64,000 nucleotides of DNA from an uncultured Helicobacter sp. (lineage in GTDB: Bacteria > Campylobacterota > Campylobacteria > Campylobacterales > UBA6016). Both the position numbers and the translations under genes were made by a program. The notes below the pieces were generated by a model. The model ran no database searches and was not told the origin of the DNA. It saw only the letters and a list, made by a program, of their open reading frames with translations. Below are positions 10,239 through 19,415 of this stretch, piece after piece; the first letter of the stretch is position 1; the number at the start of each line of letters is the position of its first letter. Where the stretch lies: contig CAZMPN010000009.1 of the NCBI GenBank assembly GCA_964568395.1, positions 7,075 to 71,074 of the forward strand. The letters run 5' to 3'.

Positions 10239-12854
10239 TTGCCTATAGATAAACAAAAATTTTTAAATACCTCCATGTTTTTTACCGCCGTAATTACGGG
10301 CGTTTTATGGGTTGGCGGATACTACTATTTAAAAGATGACGCTAGAGACCAAAAAGAGTTCTATCTTTCCAAGCAGACAAAAAGCCAGCAAATAGCGTGG
10401 GACGCAACCGTCAACACTCATAAGATAGGCATGAGCGCATATTTCGACGCATATATAATGACGCCGACGGTCGCCTCGTATATGAAAAAAGCGAACTCCA
10501 AGGATCACTCCTTGAAAGATATAGCTAGAGAGGAGCTCTACAGGGAGCTTCACCCCTATTATCTGAGGCTTGAGGATAGAAACGTACGCCAGCTCCATTT
10601 TCACGACAGGGAAAACAACTCCTTTTTGCGTTTCCACCAGAAGGATAGGTTTGGAGATTCGCTCAACTCCACCAGGCCTTCGGTCGTTTTGGCCAACAAG
10701 TATAAAAGGGTCGTGCAAGGTTTTGAAACAGGCAGGGTAGTGAGCGGTTTTAGGAACGTATTTCCGATAGTCTACAACGGGGAGCATCTCGGCAGCGTAG
10801 AGCTCAGCCAGTCTTTTGGAGCCATCAAAAACGAACTGGGCAAGCTGGAGCCGTCAAAAGAGTATTTGATGGCGTTAAGGGCGTCCCAGATATTGCAGAA
10901 GATTTTTGAAGAGCAAAAAAAGCTCTATTCAAAGACCGGATTTAGCGACGAGTGGCTGATCGAAGACGTAAAAGACGAGCTCGGCGGCGGCAAAAACATA
11001 CTAAGCGCAAATATCGTCCAATTATCGGCGGCGCTAAGAAAGCATGCCGATTTTACCAAGATGCTCGATAAAGGCTTGGCTTTTTCGTATGCGCTAGAGC
11101 ATGGAGGACAAACATTTTCGGTTACCGTTACGCCGGTTTTTGATATTAGCGGGCATTATGCGGCCGCATTAATCTCTTTTATGCCGTCAAAAGAGCTTCA
11201 GAATATTAACGTCGACTTTGATTTTAGGCTGCTGCACTTTTCGGCGATGCTTCTGATAGCCGCCGCCGCCCTTTTTTGGCTACTTCGGAGCAGAAAAAGC
11301 CTCGAGCGCGAGAAAAAAAGGCTCGACGCAATATTGCAAACGATGGGCGAGGGGCTTTACGTCATAGACGTAGAGGGAAGAATAAAATATATAAACAACG
11401 CCGCCTTGGATATGCTCGGGCTAACCGCAAAAAGTCCGGTCGGGGAGGTGGCCCACTATCTCTTCCATTCGCACGGCCAGAACGGACATACGAGCCTGGT
11501 CGAGTGCCCTATATACAAAACCATCGTTAGCGGCGACAGGTACGTCGGAATAGATAGTTTCATAAGGAGCGACGGCTCGATATTTCCGGTCGACGTGATT
11601 AGTTCGCCGCTCTTTGAGGACGACGAGATAATAGGCTCCGTAGCGGTCTTTAGAGATATCGCCAATAGGCTGGAGCTGGAAAACGAGCTAAAGAACCTAA
11701 ACAAAGAGCTGGAAAAAAGAGTCGAAAGCGAAGTTGAAAAAAGATTTGAGAGCGAGGCTATATTTAGGGCCATATTCAACAACAGCCCGGAGGGCGTATT
11801 GATACTTGACGAAGACGGTAGGTTTGTCGAGTGCAACAGAGCCGCGGCTTCGATGCTTGGTATGGAGGCGTCCGACATAGTGGGCAAAAGACCTTGCGAA
11901 CTCTCCCCGGAAATGCAGCCGGAATCCGGATTTTTTAGCGAAAACGCTGCGAGAATGTTCATAAGGGCGGCGATGGCAGGCGAAAACCAGCGCTTTGAAT
12001 GGGCGTATCTAAACAGCGGCGGCAGATATGTGCTGATAGAGGTCGTACTATCCGCCATGAATAGGGGGCAAAAAACCGAGCTGCTCATGCTGTGGAGGGA
12101 TATCACCCAGATAAGGGAGCTCCAAAAAGAGAAAGAGAGCCAGCATGCGCTGCTCGTGCAGCAAAATAAGCTTGCAGAGCTTGGTTCCATGATAGGGGCG
12201 ATAGCCCACCAGTGGAAACAGCCGCTCAACAATATCTGGCTTATGGCGCAAGATATGAAGATGAGCTACGATATGAACGAGCTGACGCCGGAATATATGG
12301 ATAGCTTCAAAAAGCAGATGGGCGAACAGGTAAAGTTTATGAGCCAAACCATCGAGGATTTCAGAAGTTTCTATAAACCGTCAAAGAGCGCGTCTAAGTT
12401 CGAGCTAAAAAAAGCGGTCGAGTCGGTTATCTCTCTCGTCAAAATACAGCTAGACAAAGACGGGATAGAGATATTGCCGGATATGTGCGACGGTCTTAGC
12501 ATAGTCGGTTTTGAGAGCGAATTCAAACAAGTCGTCCTCAATATCGCCAACAACGCGAAAGACGCTTTTGAGAATAAGGATATAAAAAATAAAGAGATAT
12601 ACGTACGGTTATCCAGGGAGGGCGACAACGCCGTTTTGCGCATAGGGGACAACGCAGGCGGCATAGACGAAGAGCTGTTCGTAAACGACAAATTGTTCGA
12701 GCCATATAATACCACCAAGGGCGAAAAAGGAACCGGGGTGGGGCTTTCGCTAAGCAAGACGATAGTAGAGAAACATCTAGGCGGCAGGATATGGGCGCAC
12801 AATATGAAAGACGGGGCGGAGTTCGTGATAGAGCTGCCGCTTGCGTTGGAGTAG
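10239..12854 (+). CDS. Sensor histidine kinase: periplasmic Cache-like domain, PAS repeats, HisKA/HATPase
   Basis: 871 aa. Cache-like segment QLHFHDRENNSFLRFHQKDRFGD between two TM helices. Two PAS-like segments. H-box IAHQWKQPLN. N/G boxes NIANNAKDA, DNAGGI, GTGVGLS. TTG start in the track; ATG 10275 is an alternative. Confidence 0.85.
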   Translation: MPIDKQKFLNTSMFFTAVITGVLWVGGYYYLKDDARDQKEFYLSKQTKSQQIAWDATVNTHKIGMSAYFDAYIMTPTVASYMKKANSKDHSLKDIAREELYRELHPYYLRLEDRNVRQLHFHDRENNSFLRFHQKDRFGDSLNSTRPSVVLANKYKRVVQGFETGRVVSGFRNVFPIVYNGEHLGSVELSQSFGAIKNELGKLEPSKEYLMALRASQILQKIFEEQKKLYSKTGFSDEWLIEDVKDELGGGKNILSANIVQLSAALRKHADFTKMLDKGLAFSYALEHGGQTFSVTVTPVFDISGHYAAALISFMPSKELQNINVDFDFRLLHFSAMLLIAAAALFWLLRSRKSLEREKKRLDAILQTMGEGLYVIDVEGRIKYINNAALDMLGLTAKSPVGEVAHYLFHSHGQNGHTSLVECPIYKTIVSGDRYVGIDSFIRSDGSIFPVDVISSPLFEDDEIIGSVAVFRDIANRLELENELKNLNKELEKRVESEVEKRFESEAIFRAIFNNSPEGVLILDEDGRFVECNRAAASMLGMEASDIVGKRPCELSPEMQPESGFFSENAARMFIRAAMAGENQRFEWAYLNSGGRYVLIEVVLSAMNRGQKTELLMLWRDITQIRELQKEKESQHALLVQQNKLAELGSMIGAIAHQWKQPLNNIWLMAQDMKMSYDMNELTPEYMDSFKKQMGEQVKFMSQTIEDFRSFYKPSKSASKFELKKAVESVISLVKIQLDKDGIEILPDMCDGLSIVGFESEFKQVVLNIANNAKDAFENKDIKNKEIYVRLSREGDNAVLRIGDNAGGIDEELFVNDKLFEPYNTTKGEKGTGVGLSLSKTIVEKHLGGRIWAHNMKDGAEFVIELPLALE

Positions 12855-12860
12855 TATTTA

Positions 12861-14738
12861 ATGCCGCAACTTTTAGTCAGGACGCTCAGCAGAAAGATAA
12901 ATCTGTTTATCGCTTTTTTCGTTGCGCTGCTATCGCTTTTTGCCGCCTCAGCGCTCTATTTCGATATGAAAAAAATTGGCGAGGAAAAGAACGGCTATAA
13001 TATATCGATAGCCAACAACGTATTTGAAACGAATATGAACTTTGAAAAAGCCTCCCTTCTCCAGACGCTAATAGCGGTCAAAAACAATCCGGTTTTCTTG
13101 GAGGCTTTTGCATCCGGAGACAGAAAAAGACTTCTGGGCGTAACGAAACCATTTTTTGACGAGATAAAAGCCAAACATAAAATCACACATTTTTACTTCA
13201 TAATGCCAGATAAAAAATGCCATTTAAGGGTCCATAAGCCGGAAGAGTTCGGCGATATGATATGGAGAACTACGCTGCAAAGGGCCGCCGAGCGCCAAAG
13301 CGAATATGTCGGCTTGGAGATGGGAATGAACTTCTTTTCGCTGAGGGCCGTTTCGCCAGTATACGGGAAGGGTGGGGAACTGCTCGGATATATAGAGCTT
13401 GGGCGTGAGATAGACCACTTTTTCGAGCTTTTTAAGAAGCAGACAAATTTCGACATCTCGCTTTTGATGGACGATAAATATGTGAGCCATTACGAGATGG
13501 ATAAAGGAGTAAGGCTGAAGCCGCACGGACATAAAGTCGGCGGCTTTACCGTGCTAAACAGCTCAGATATCAAATTGGCCGAGAGGATAATACCCGGCAT
13601 CCAGATCACCGGCACAGGGGATAAGGTGTTCGATGACGTAGAAGTGGACGGAAAGCACTATTTTTGCTACGCTAGAAGCATAAACGACGCAAACGGGGAT
13701 GTGGCGGGTCACCTTCTGATATCGTTCGATAACACACAAATCATGCACGACATAGCCAAGCAGTATATGTTTATGTCGGCAATAGCCGTTGTAATAGCTG
13801 TTTTGATGGCGCTTTTTGTTAGGCACGGACTAAATAGGGAGATTCTAAGACCGCTCGACAAGATAAGGGGCGGAATCGTAAATTTCTTCGACTATATAAG
13901 AGGCGAGACGGACAAGCTAAACTACATAGAGCCTATGCAAAACAACGAGATAGGTTTTATAGCCAACGCATTGAACGAGAGTATGGAGGAGACGGTCAAT
14001 ATCCTTGCCGAGAACAAAAAAAACGAGGTTTTCTACTTCCAGCAGTCAAGGGTCAGCGCCCTTGGAGAGGTGATAAGCAATATAGGGCACCATTGGCGGC
14101 AGCCGCTAAACGCCATTTCCATTATGGCCCAAGACCTGAAATACGCAAAGGCCGCAAACGAGCTGACCGACGAGTATCTAAACACGATGGTGGGGAGGAT
14201 TACGAACATCACAAAGGCGCTCTCCAAGACGATCGACGATTTGAGGCTTTTCTATCGTCCGTCTTCCAAGAAAGAGGAGTTTGCGATAGAAGAAGAGATA
14301 CAAAAGGTGGTCAATTTCTTCGAGGTACGATATGCGGAACTCGGCATAAAGATAGAGTATACCTTCGATTTCAAACACCCTATTACGGCGTATAAGAACG
14401 AATTTTCGCAAGTGCTTATACATATCCTTAAAAACTCGGAAGAGGCGATAGCCGCCAACCGTGTCGCAAACGGCAAAATAGAGATTACTACTTCCGAAGC
14501 GGGCGACTGGCTCATGGTCTCCATATCCGACAACGGCGGCGGCGTAGATAAAAACACGCTGGAAAAGATATTCGACCCGTATTTTACGACAAAACACAAG
14601 GCGATAGACGTAGGACTGGGGCTCTACCTGTCTAAAACGATGGTGGAGAAAAATATGGGCGGCATATTGAGAGCCGAAAATATAGAAAACGGCCTTAGGA
14701 TTGAGATGCTTTTGCCGCGTACCGGCCCTAGGTTCTAG
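12861..14738 (+). CDS. Sensor histidine kinase with periplasmic Cache-like domain
   Basis: 625 aa. HFYFIMPDKKCHLRVHKPEEFGD (same sensor family as the upstream kinase). H-box IGHHWRQPLN. ILKNSEEA, DNGGGV, GLGLYLS. Lies 6 nt after the previous kinase. No receiver domain. Confidence 0.85.
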   Translation: MPQLLVRTLSRKINLFIAFFVALLSLFAASALYFDMKKIGEEKNGYNISIANNVFETNMNFEKASLLQTLIAVKNNPVFLEAFASGDRKRLLGVTKPFFDEIKAKHKITHFYFIMPDKKCHLRVHKPEEFGDMIWRTTLQRAAERQSEYVGLEMGMNFFSLRAVSPVYGKGGELLGYIELGREIDHFFELFKKQTNFDISLLMDDKYVSHYEMDKGVRLKPHGHKVGGFTVLNSSDIKLAERIIPGIQITGTGDKVFDDVEVDGKHYFCYARSINDANGDVAGHLLISFDNTQIMHDIAKQYMFMSAIAVVIAVLMALFVRHGLNREILRPLDKIRGGIVNFFDYIRGETDKLNYIEPMQNNEIGFIANALNESMEETVNILAENKKNEVFYFQQSRVSALGEVISNIGHHWRQPLNAISIMAQDLKYAKAANELTDEYLNTMVGRITNITKALSKTIDDLRLFYRPSSKKEEFAIEEEIQKVVNFFEVRYAELGIKIEYTFDFKHPITAYKNEFSQVLIHILKNSEEAIAANRVANGKIEITTSEAGDWLMVSISDNGGGVDKNTLEKIFDPYFTTKHKAIDVGLGLYLSKTMVEKNMGGILRAENIENGLRIEMLLPRTGPRF

Positions 14739-14941
14739 TAGGTTTTACCCAAAACCGATACGCAAAAACGCTCGCGGACGGCTTTTGGTGCGAATTCTAA
14801 GCAGCTTAACGCTATTATTATCTATAAAAACTCCGCATTCCATCCTGGACACTAAACCACCGTGTTATATCGATGCAGCGGGCACATAGAGCATAAAACG
14901 CTTTTTTAAAAAAATATTATTTTGTTTTAGGATAACAGATT

Positions 14942-16795
14942 TTGAAGGCTAAAAAACTAATTTCCGTTATGGATACATCTTTTCGCGACGGCCTCCAGTC
15001 GGTATACGGCGGGCGCGTACTTCTGGAAGATATAAAACCTGCCATACAAGCGTTCGTCGATGCCGGGATAGAACATTTTGAATTCGGCGGCGGCGCGAGA
15101 TTTCAGTCGCTTTATTTTTACTGCAACGAAGACGCCTTCGATATGATGGACACCTTCAGGAGTATAGTCGGGCCTAAAGTAAAACTTCAGACCCTTTCCC
15201 GCGGCGTCAGCCATGTAGGGCTGGATACCGGTTCCAGAGACGTAATAGACCTTCACGCAAAGCTTTTCAAAAAACACGGTGCGACCACCATAAGAAACTT
15301 CGATGCGCTAAACGACGTTCAAAACCTGATATATCCCGCCGAGTGCATCAAAAAACACGGACTAAACCACGAAGTGTGCGTAACCGTGATGGAGCTTCCT
15401 CCGGGCTGCGAAGGCGCGCACGAAGCCGATTTTTATATGGGTGTCCTTAGGAATATACTAGATAGCGGACTTCCTTTTGACTCGGTATGCTTCAAAGACG
15501 CTTCAGGCACCGCAAGACCGAGAAAAATATACGACACGATAAAAGCGGCCAGAGAACTTCTAGGCCAAGATATGCACATCAGATTTCATACGCACGAGAC
15601 CGCGGGCGTGAGCGTGGCTTGTTATCTCGCCGCTCTAGAGGCCGGCGCAGACGGCATAGACCTTGCCATGGACCCGGTAAGCGGCGGCACCAGCCAGCCG
15701 GATACGCTAACGATGCTGCACGCGCTAAAAGGCAGCGAATTCGATATGGGGCTCGAGGCGAAAAAGCTGCTTGAGGCGCAAAAAGTCCTGAAGGATTGCC
15801 TAAAAGACTATTTCGTTCCGCCGGAGGCGAAAGAGGTCTGTACTCTTATACCTTTCTCCCCTATGCCTGGCGGCGCTTTGACCGCGAACACGCAAATGAT
15901 GAGGGATACAAAAACTCTCGATAAGCTGCCTGCGGCGCTGGAAGCGATGGGCGAAGTGGTCGCAAGAGGCGGTTTCGGTACGTCCGTTACGCCCGTGAGC
16001 CAGTTTTATTTCCAGCAGGCGTTCAACAACGTCGTATTCGGTCCTTGGAAAAAGATAGCCGACGGCTACGGAAAAATGCTTCTCGGTTATTTTGGTAAAA
16101 CCCCTGTTGCGCCTGATGCCGAACTGGTTAAGATCGCAAAGGAACAGTTAAATTTAGAGCCGTCGACAGAGAATCCGCTTGACGTCGCCGACAGGGATTT
16201 CAACAAAAGCCTAGCCTGCTTTGAAGAGCAGCTAAGACACAATAACCTGCCGATTACAGAAGAAAACCTCTTCATAGTCGCTACCTGCGCCGAAAAAGGA
16301 ATAGCTTTCCTGAAAGGCGAAGCGAAGGTAAACGTCAGAAAAGTGGACCACCTTGCCGTAGAGGGCGGAGCAAAAGCCGAAGAAAAAATAGTCCACGATA
16401 TGTTCGAAAAATTCGACTCCTACTCGGTGGCGGCGCCTGAAGCGGAACTGAAGGTATCTGCCCTGCCTGAATTTTCATCCGAATACGAAGAGAGCTGGAG
16501 CAAGAAAAACATATCGTTCAAGCTAGAAAGAAAAGCAAAAGACCTATCGGCCGGTGCGGCCGGCGGTATGGATGCCGACGGCAACATACATGTACACGCT
16601 CCGCTTCCGTCCGAGGTTATAAAAGTATTGGTGCAGGTCGGCGACGAAGTCAAGGATGGGCAAGACCTGCTTATACTTGAGGCTATGAAGATGGTTATGG
16701 AGGTTCAAGCTCCCGCCGACGGTATTGTAAAAGCGATACACGTAAAACAGGGCGGCACGGTAGAGAGCGGACAAGTCCTCGTTACTCTGGAATAA
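14942..16795 (+). CDS. pycB: Pyruvate carboxylase subunit B / oxaloacetate decarboxylase alpha-type carboxyltransferase with C-terminal biotinyl domain
   Basis: 617 aa. N-terminus (TTG)KAKKLISVMDTSFRDGLQS, a HMGL-like TIM barrel, and the C-terminal biotin motif LEAMKMVMEVQAP. No oadB/oadG neighbours, so PycB is favoured over OadA. Confidence 0.85.
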   Translation: MKAKKLISVMDTSFRDGLQSVYGGRVLLEDIKPAIQAFVDAGIEHFEFGGGARFQSLYFYCNEDAFDMMDTFRSIVGPKVKLQTLSRGVSHVGLDTGSRDVIDLHAKLFKKHGATTIRNFDALNDVQNLIYPAECIKKHGLNHEVCVTVMELPPGCEGAHEADFYMGVLRNILDSGLPFDSVCFKDASGTARPRKIYDTIKAARELLGQDMHIRFHTHETAGVSVACYLAALEAGADGIDLAMDPVSGGTSQPDTLTMLHALKGSEFDMGLEAKKLLEAQKVLKDCLKDYFVPPEAKEVCTLIPFSPMPGGALTANTQMMRDTKTLDKLPAALEAMGEVVARGGFGTSVTPVSQFYFQQAFNNVVFGPWKKIADGYGKMLLGYFGKTPVAPDAELVKIAKEQLNLEPSTENPLDVADRDFNKSLACFEEQLRHNNLPITEENLFIVATCAEKGIAFLKGEAKVNVRKVDHLAVEGGAKAEEKIVHDMFEKFDSYSVAAPEAELKVSALPEFSSEYEESWSKKNISFKLERKAKDLSAGAAGGMDADGNIHVHAPLPSEVIKVLVQVGDEVKDGQDLLILEAMKMVMEVQAPADGIVKAIHVKQGGTVESGQVLVTLE

Positions 16796-16813
16796 CAAGT
16801 TTTCCTATTTGCG

Positions 16814-16837
16814 GCGAAGCGGGACCTTCCGCTTCGC
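16814..16837. terminator. GC-rich hairpin between convergent pycB and chemoreceptor genes (candidate bidirectional terminator)
   Basis: GCGAAGCGG-gacctt-CCGCTTCGC: a perfect 9-bp stem with a 6-nt loop. No clear U-tract on either side. Confidence 0.45.
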
Positions 16838-16847
16838 ATCCTTCCTA

Positions 16848-18392
16848 CTACGTATTAAAAATATTCAACTCTTTTTTCAGTTTGTCGGAGCTATTGACAA
16901 GTATGGATATCGTATTCGCTATCTCTTGTATATACTCGTAGTTTGCGGTCGTCATCGTTTCGTTGGCGTGTATCGCCTCTATCAGCTTGCCTATCTTTTC
17001 GCTGTTTTCGGAAAAGCTGCTTGCCGCCGAGTTTGACCTTTGCGCGGCCTCCCTCATCGTATGCACCGTTTTTTCTAGGGTTATGCTGACATCCGAAGAG
17101 TCTTTGGACAGTTTCGCGATATTCGCCGCGTTTTTGTTTATTTCGTCGCTGCTATCGCCGATGGATTGGACCACTACGTTTACCGTGCTTTGGATTTCCG
17201 TAAGCGACTTTTGCGTTCTCTCCGCCAGCTTCCTTACTTCGTCGGCCACGACGGCAAAACCTCTGCCGTGCTCGCCGGCCCTGGCGGCTTCTATCGCCGC
17301 ATTTAGCGCCAGCAGGTTTGTCTGGTCGGCTATATCGCTTATCACCGTCAATATATTCGTAATTTCGTCAGCCGTCCTAGTCAGCTCGTAGAATTTCTCC
17401 GACATGCTGTTTTCTGTTTGCGCTGTATGTTCGATATTCCTCGTAAAATCGGATATCTTCTTGTTGATCTCCAGGAGCGTTGCGTTTGCGGCGTCCAGCT
17501 GCTCTTTTGTCTGGGCCGTATCCTCTCCGGTTTTTGAGAGAGATTGCTTTATCGCATCGCTGCTTTGGGTTACCTCATGCATGGAGCGGTTTTGTTCCTG
17601 TGCGCTGCTTCCTAGTTTTTGCGTGATTGCGTTTATATTGTTTGTGATAGACGCCGTCTCGTCCGCGCTTCTTTTGGCGGTATTTAGCACGTCCCTTAGC
17701 GAGCCGATCAGATTTGCAAAAGCAGCCTCTTCCTGCGTGCTCGTGCTCGTGCGTATGGTGAAGTCGTTGTTTTTTGTGATTGTCTGAACCATGCTGGAGA
17801 CGTTCAGGGACGCCACGTGGTGCTTGGTTATCGCATATATCATGTATACCAAGACGATAGCTTCCAGTACGACGAATGCGGCATGCAAGAATACTATATC
17901 CCATCCGCAGCCGTAGTTGTACAGCATTATCGGGGTTCCGCCTATGGAGACGCCGTTTAGCTGTAGGTACGTAAACAAAAGATGGTGTACGGCTATCGTA
18001 AGCGCCGCCGCTACCGTCGGCAGAATATCCTTATACAGGGACATAAAGGCCAGTACGACGAAGACGTGGAAGTGCATCTCTATTCTTCCTAGATGCTGCT
18101 GTATCATTATGATCGGAAACCCCATAATCAGGATACCCATAGAAATCCTGGAGATATTGGTGCCTTTGAACATCGCGTACGCCGCATACGCCAGTCCGGT
18201 AATGAGGCCGCCGCCTACTATCCCCAGTATATAGGTGCCGTACGTAAGAGACGTCAGGAATGCCACGATTGCCCAGTTGATCATGAATATATACAAGAAT
18301 ATCTTGTCGGATTGCGCGGCCTCGTCGTTTAGTTTTTGCTGTACCAGAGGCGGGAGATCTTTGTAAATCCCCATCAGTACGGATAAGTTCAT
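16848..18392 (-). CDS. Methyl-accepting chemotaxis protein with a 6-TM His-rich membrane-embedded N-terminal module (no periplasmic sensor domain)
   Basis: 514 aa. The first ~200 aa are hydrophobic helices with [27 protein letters not shown] and TKHH. The C-terminal signalling domain contains [38 protein letters not shown]. Confidence 0.9.
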   Translation of the reverse strand: MNLSVLMGIYKDLPPLVQQKLNDEAAQSDKIFLYIFMINWAIVAFLTSLTYGTYILGIVGGGLITGLAYAAYAMFKGTNISRISMGILIMGFPIIMIQQHLGRIEMHFHVFVVLAFMSLYKDILPTVAAALTIAVHHLLFTYLQLNGVSIGGTPIMLYNYGCGWDIVFLHAAFVVLEAIVLVYMIYAITKHHVASLNVSSMVQTITKNNDFTIRTSTSTQEEAAFANLIGSLRDVLNTAKRSADETASITNNINAITQKLGSSAQEQNRSMHEVTQSSDAIKQSLSKTGEDTAQTKEQLDAANATLLEINKKISDFTRNIEHTAQTENSMSEKFYELTRTADEITNILTVISDIADQTNLLALNAAIEAARAGEHGRGFAVVADEVRKLAERTQKSLTEIQSTVNVVVQSIGDSSDEINKNAANIAKLSKDSSDVSITLEKTVHTMREAAQRSNSAASSFSENSEKIGKLIEAIHANETMTTANYEYIQEIANTISILVNSSDKLKKELNIFNT

Positions 18393-18955
18393 TTTAACTG
18401 CTTGTCTATATGTTCTTGTATTGTGCGGTAGTCGAAAGGCCTAGTTATATATACCTGCGATAATCTATATATATTCTCCTTTTGTTGCGAAAACAGATAT
18501 AGATGCCCGCTATGATACATCTCTCCGGTCTCCGTTAGCGGTTTGCTGTAGTAGAGGTCTAGCTCTTTTTGGAATTTTGAAAGCTCGGCGCTATTTATCT
18601 CCACGCCGTGAAAGGCCGGGTTGAAATATTTGGCGTAGCTATCGGAGCCTTCGTGTAGGTCGCTGATATTTATGAAATACACCCCTACGTTCTTGCTATC
18701 CTTGAGCGCCTTATAGACGCCGTCTATCTCCTGCATCGTAGGGCCGCATATCGTTTTGCAGCCGACCACCCCGAAATATAAAAGCGCTACTTTCGGATAA
18801 GGCTTCTCTAGAAAATTGATCGGCATAACCACATCTTTTTGCGCTGAAATCGGCTTTGCGCTCTGGTGCGCAAGCATGGGAAAGCCGAGCCCGATAAGCA
18901 CTATAAAAGAAACGGCTATAAACAAACCGCCGACTATTTTTTGCCGCCTTCTCAC
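18389..18955 (-). CDS. SCO1/SenC-like membrane-anchored thioredoxin-fold protein
   Basis: 188 aa with an N-terminal TM anchor. [18 protein letters not shown] corresponds to the SCO CxxxCP site. The downstream [10 protein letters not shown] corresponds to the conserved SCO His. Its stop overlaps the MCP start as ATGA (18392-18389). Confidence 0.7.
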   Translation of the reverse strand: MRRRQKIVGGLFIAVSFIVLIGLGFPMLAHQSAKPISAQKDVVMPINFLEKPYPKVALLYFGVVGCKTICGPTMQEIDGVYKALKDSKNVGVYFINISDLHEGSDSYAKYFNPAFHGVEINSAELSKFQKELDLYYSKPLTETGEMYHSGHLYLFSQQKENIYRLSQVYITRPFDYRTIQEHIDKQLK

Positions 18956-19049
18956 CTTTTTTGCCTTTATGCCCTATAATTTGACCGTTGGTATGAAAAA
19001 AATATTTTAGTATGCGTTAGTAGTAAATTTGTGACAAAAATGGAATATT

Positions 19050-19415
19050 ATGAAAATAAGAGTTTATTATGAAGATACCGACATAGGAGGCGTCGTCTAT
19101 TACGCCAACTATTTGAAGTTCATAGAGCGCGCCAGAAGCGAAATTTTTTTTGAAAAAGGGCTCTCTCCTATTATAGAAGGCGGAGCTTTCGTCGTGAGGA
19201 GCCTGCATGCGGAGTATTTGAAATCGGCGGTGTTCGGAGATGTTTTGGACATAAAAACAACCCCGAAGGATATAAGATCGGCTTCGCTTACGCTTTTCCA
19301 AGAGGTTTTCAGAGGCGAGGAGAAGCTTTTCGAGGCGCATGTAAAGCTGGCTTACGTAAAAGAGGGGAGGCCTGCGAAGATTCCAAGCGAGGCGGCTCTA
19401 CTCTTTGGTTCCTAG
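19050..19415 (+). CDS. ybgC: Acyl-CoA thioesterase, YbgC/4HBT family
   Basis: 121 aa. MKIRVYYEDTDIGGVVYYANYLKFIERARSE is the canonical YbgC hot-dog N-terminus. Confidence 0.85.
   Translation: MKIRVYYEDTDIGGVVYYANYLKFIERARSEIFFEKGLSPIIEGGAFVVRSLHAEYLKSAVFGDVLDIKTTPKDIRSASLTLFQEVFRGEEKLFEAHVKLAYVKEGRPAKIPSEAALLFGS

Noticed and set aside
11456-12232. 258-aa minus-strand Ser-rich ORF
   Set aside because: It is antisense to the PAS/HisKA region of the 871-aa kinase and is low complexity.
14739-14941. 203-bp intergenic region before pycB, examined for an sRNA, riboswitch or gene remnant
   Set aside because: I recognised no conserved ncRNA motif (SRP, 6S, TPP and so on). There is only a weak GGTTTT-accc-AAAACC hairpin at 14741-14756, and the 62-aa ORF there has no support.
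16848-18392. Assigning the MCP membrane module to the MHYT domain family
   Set aside because: MHYT has three repeated M-H-Y-T-type motifs on alternate helices. Here only EMHFH loosely resembles one, and the spacing does not fit. The module is left unassigned.
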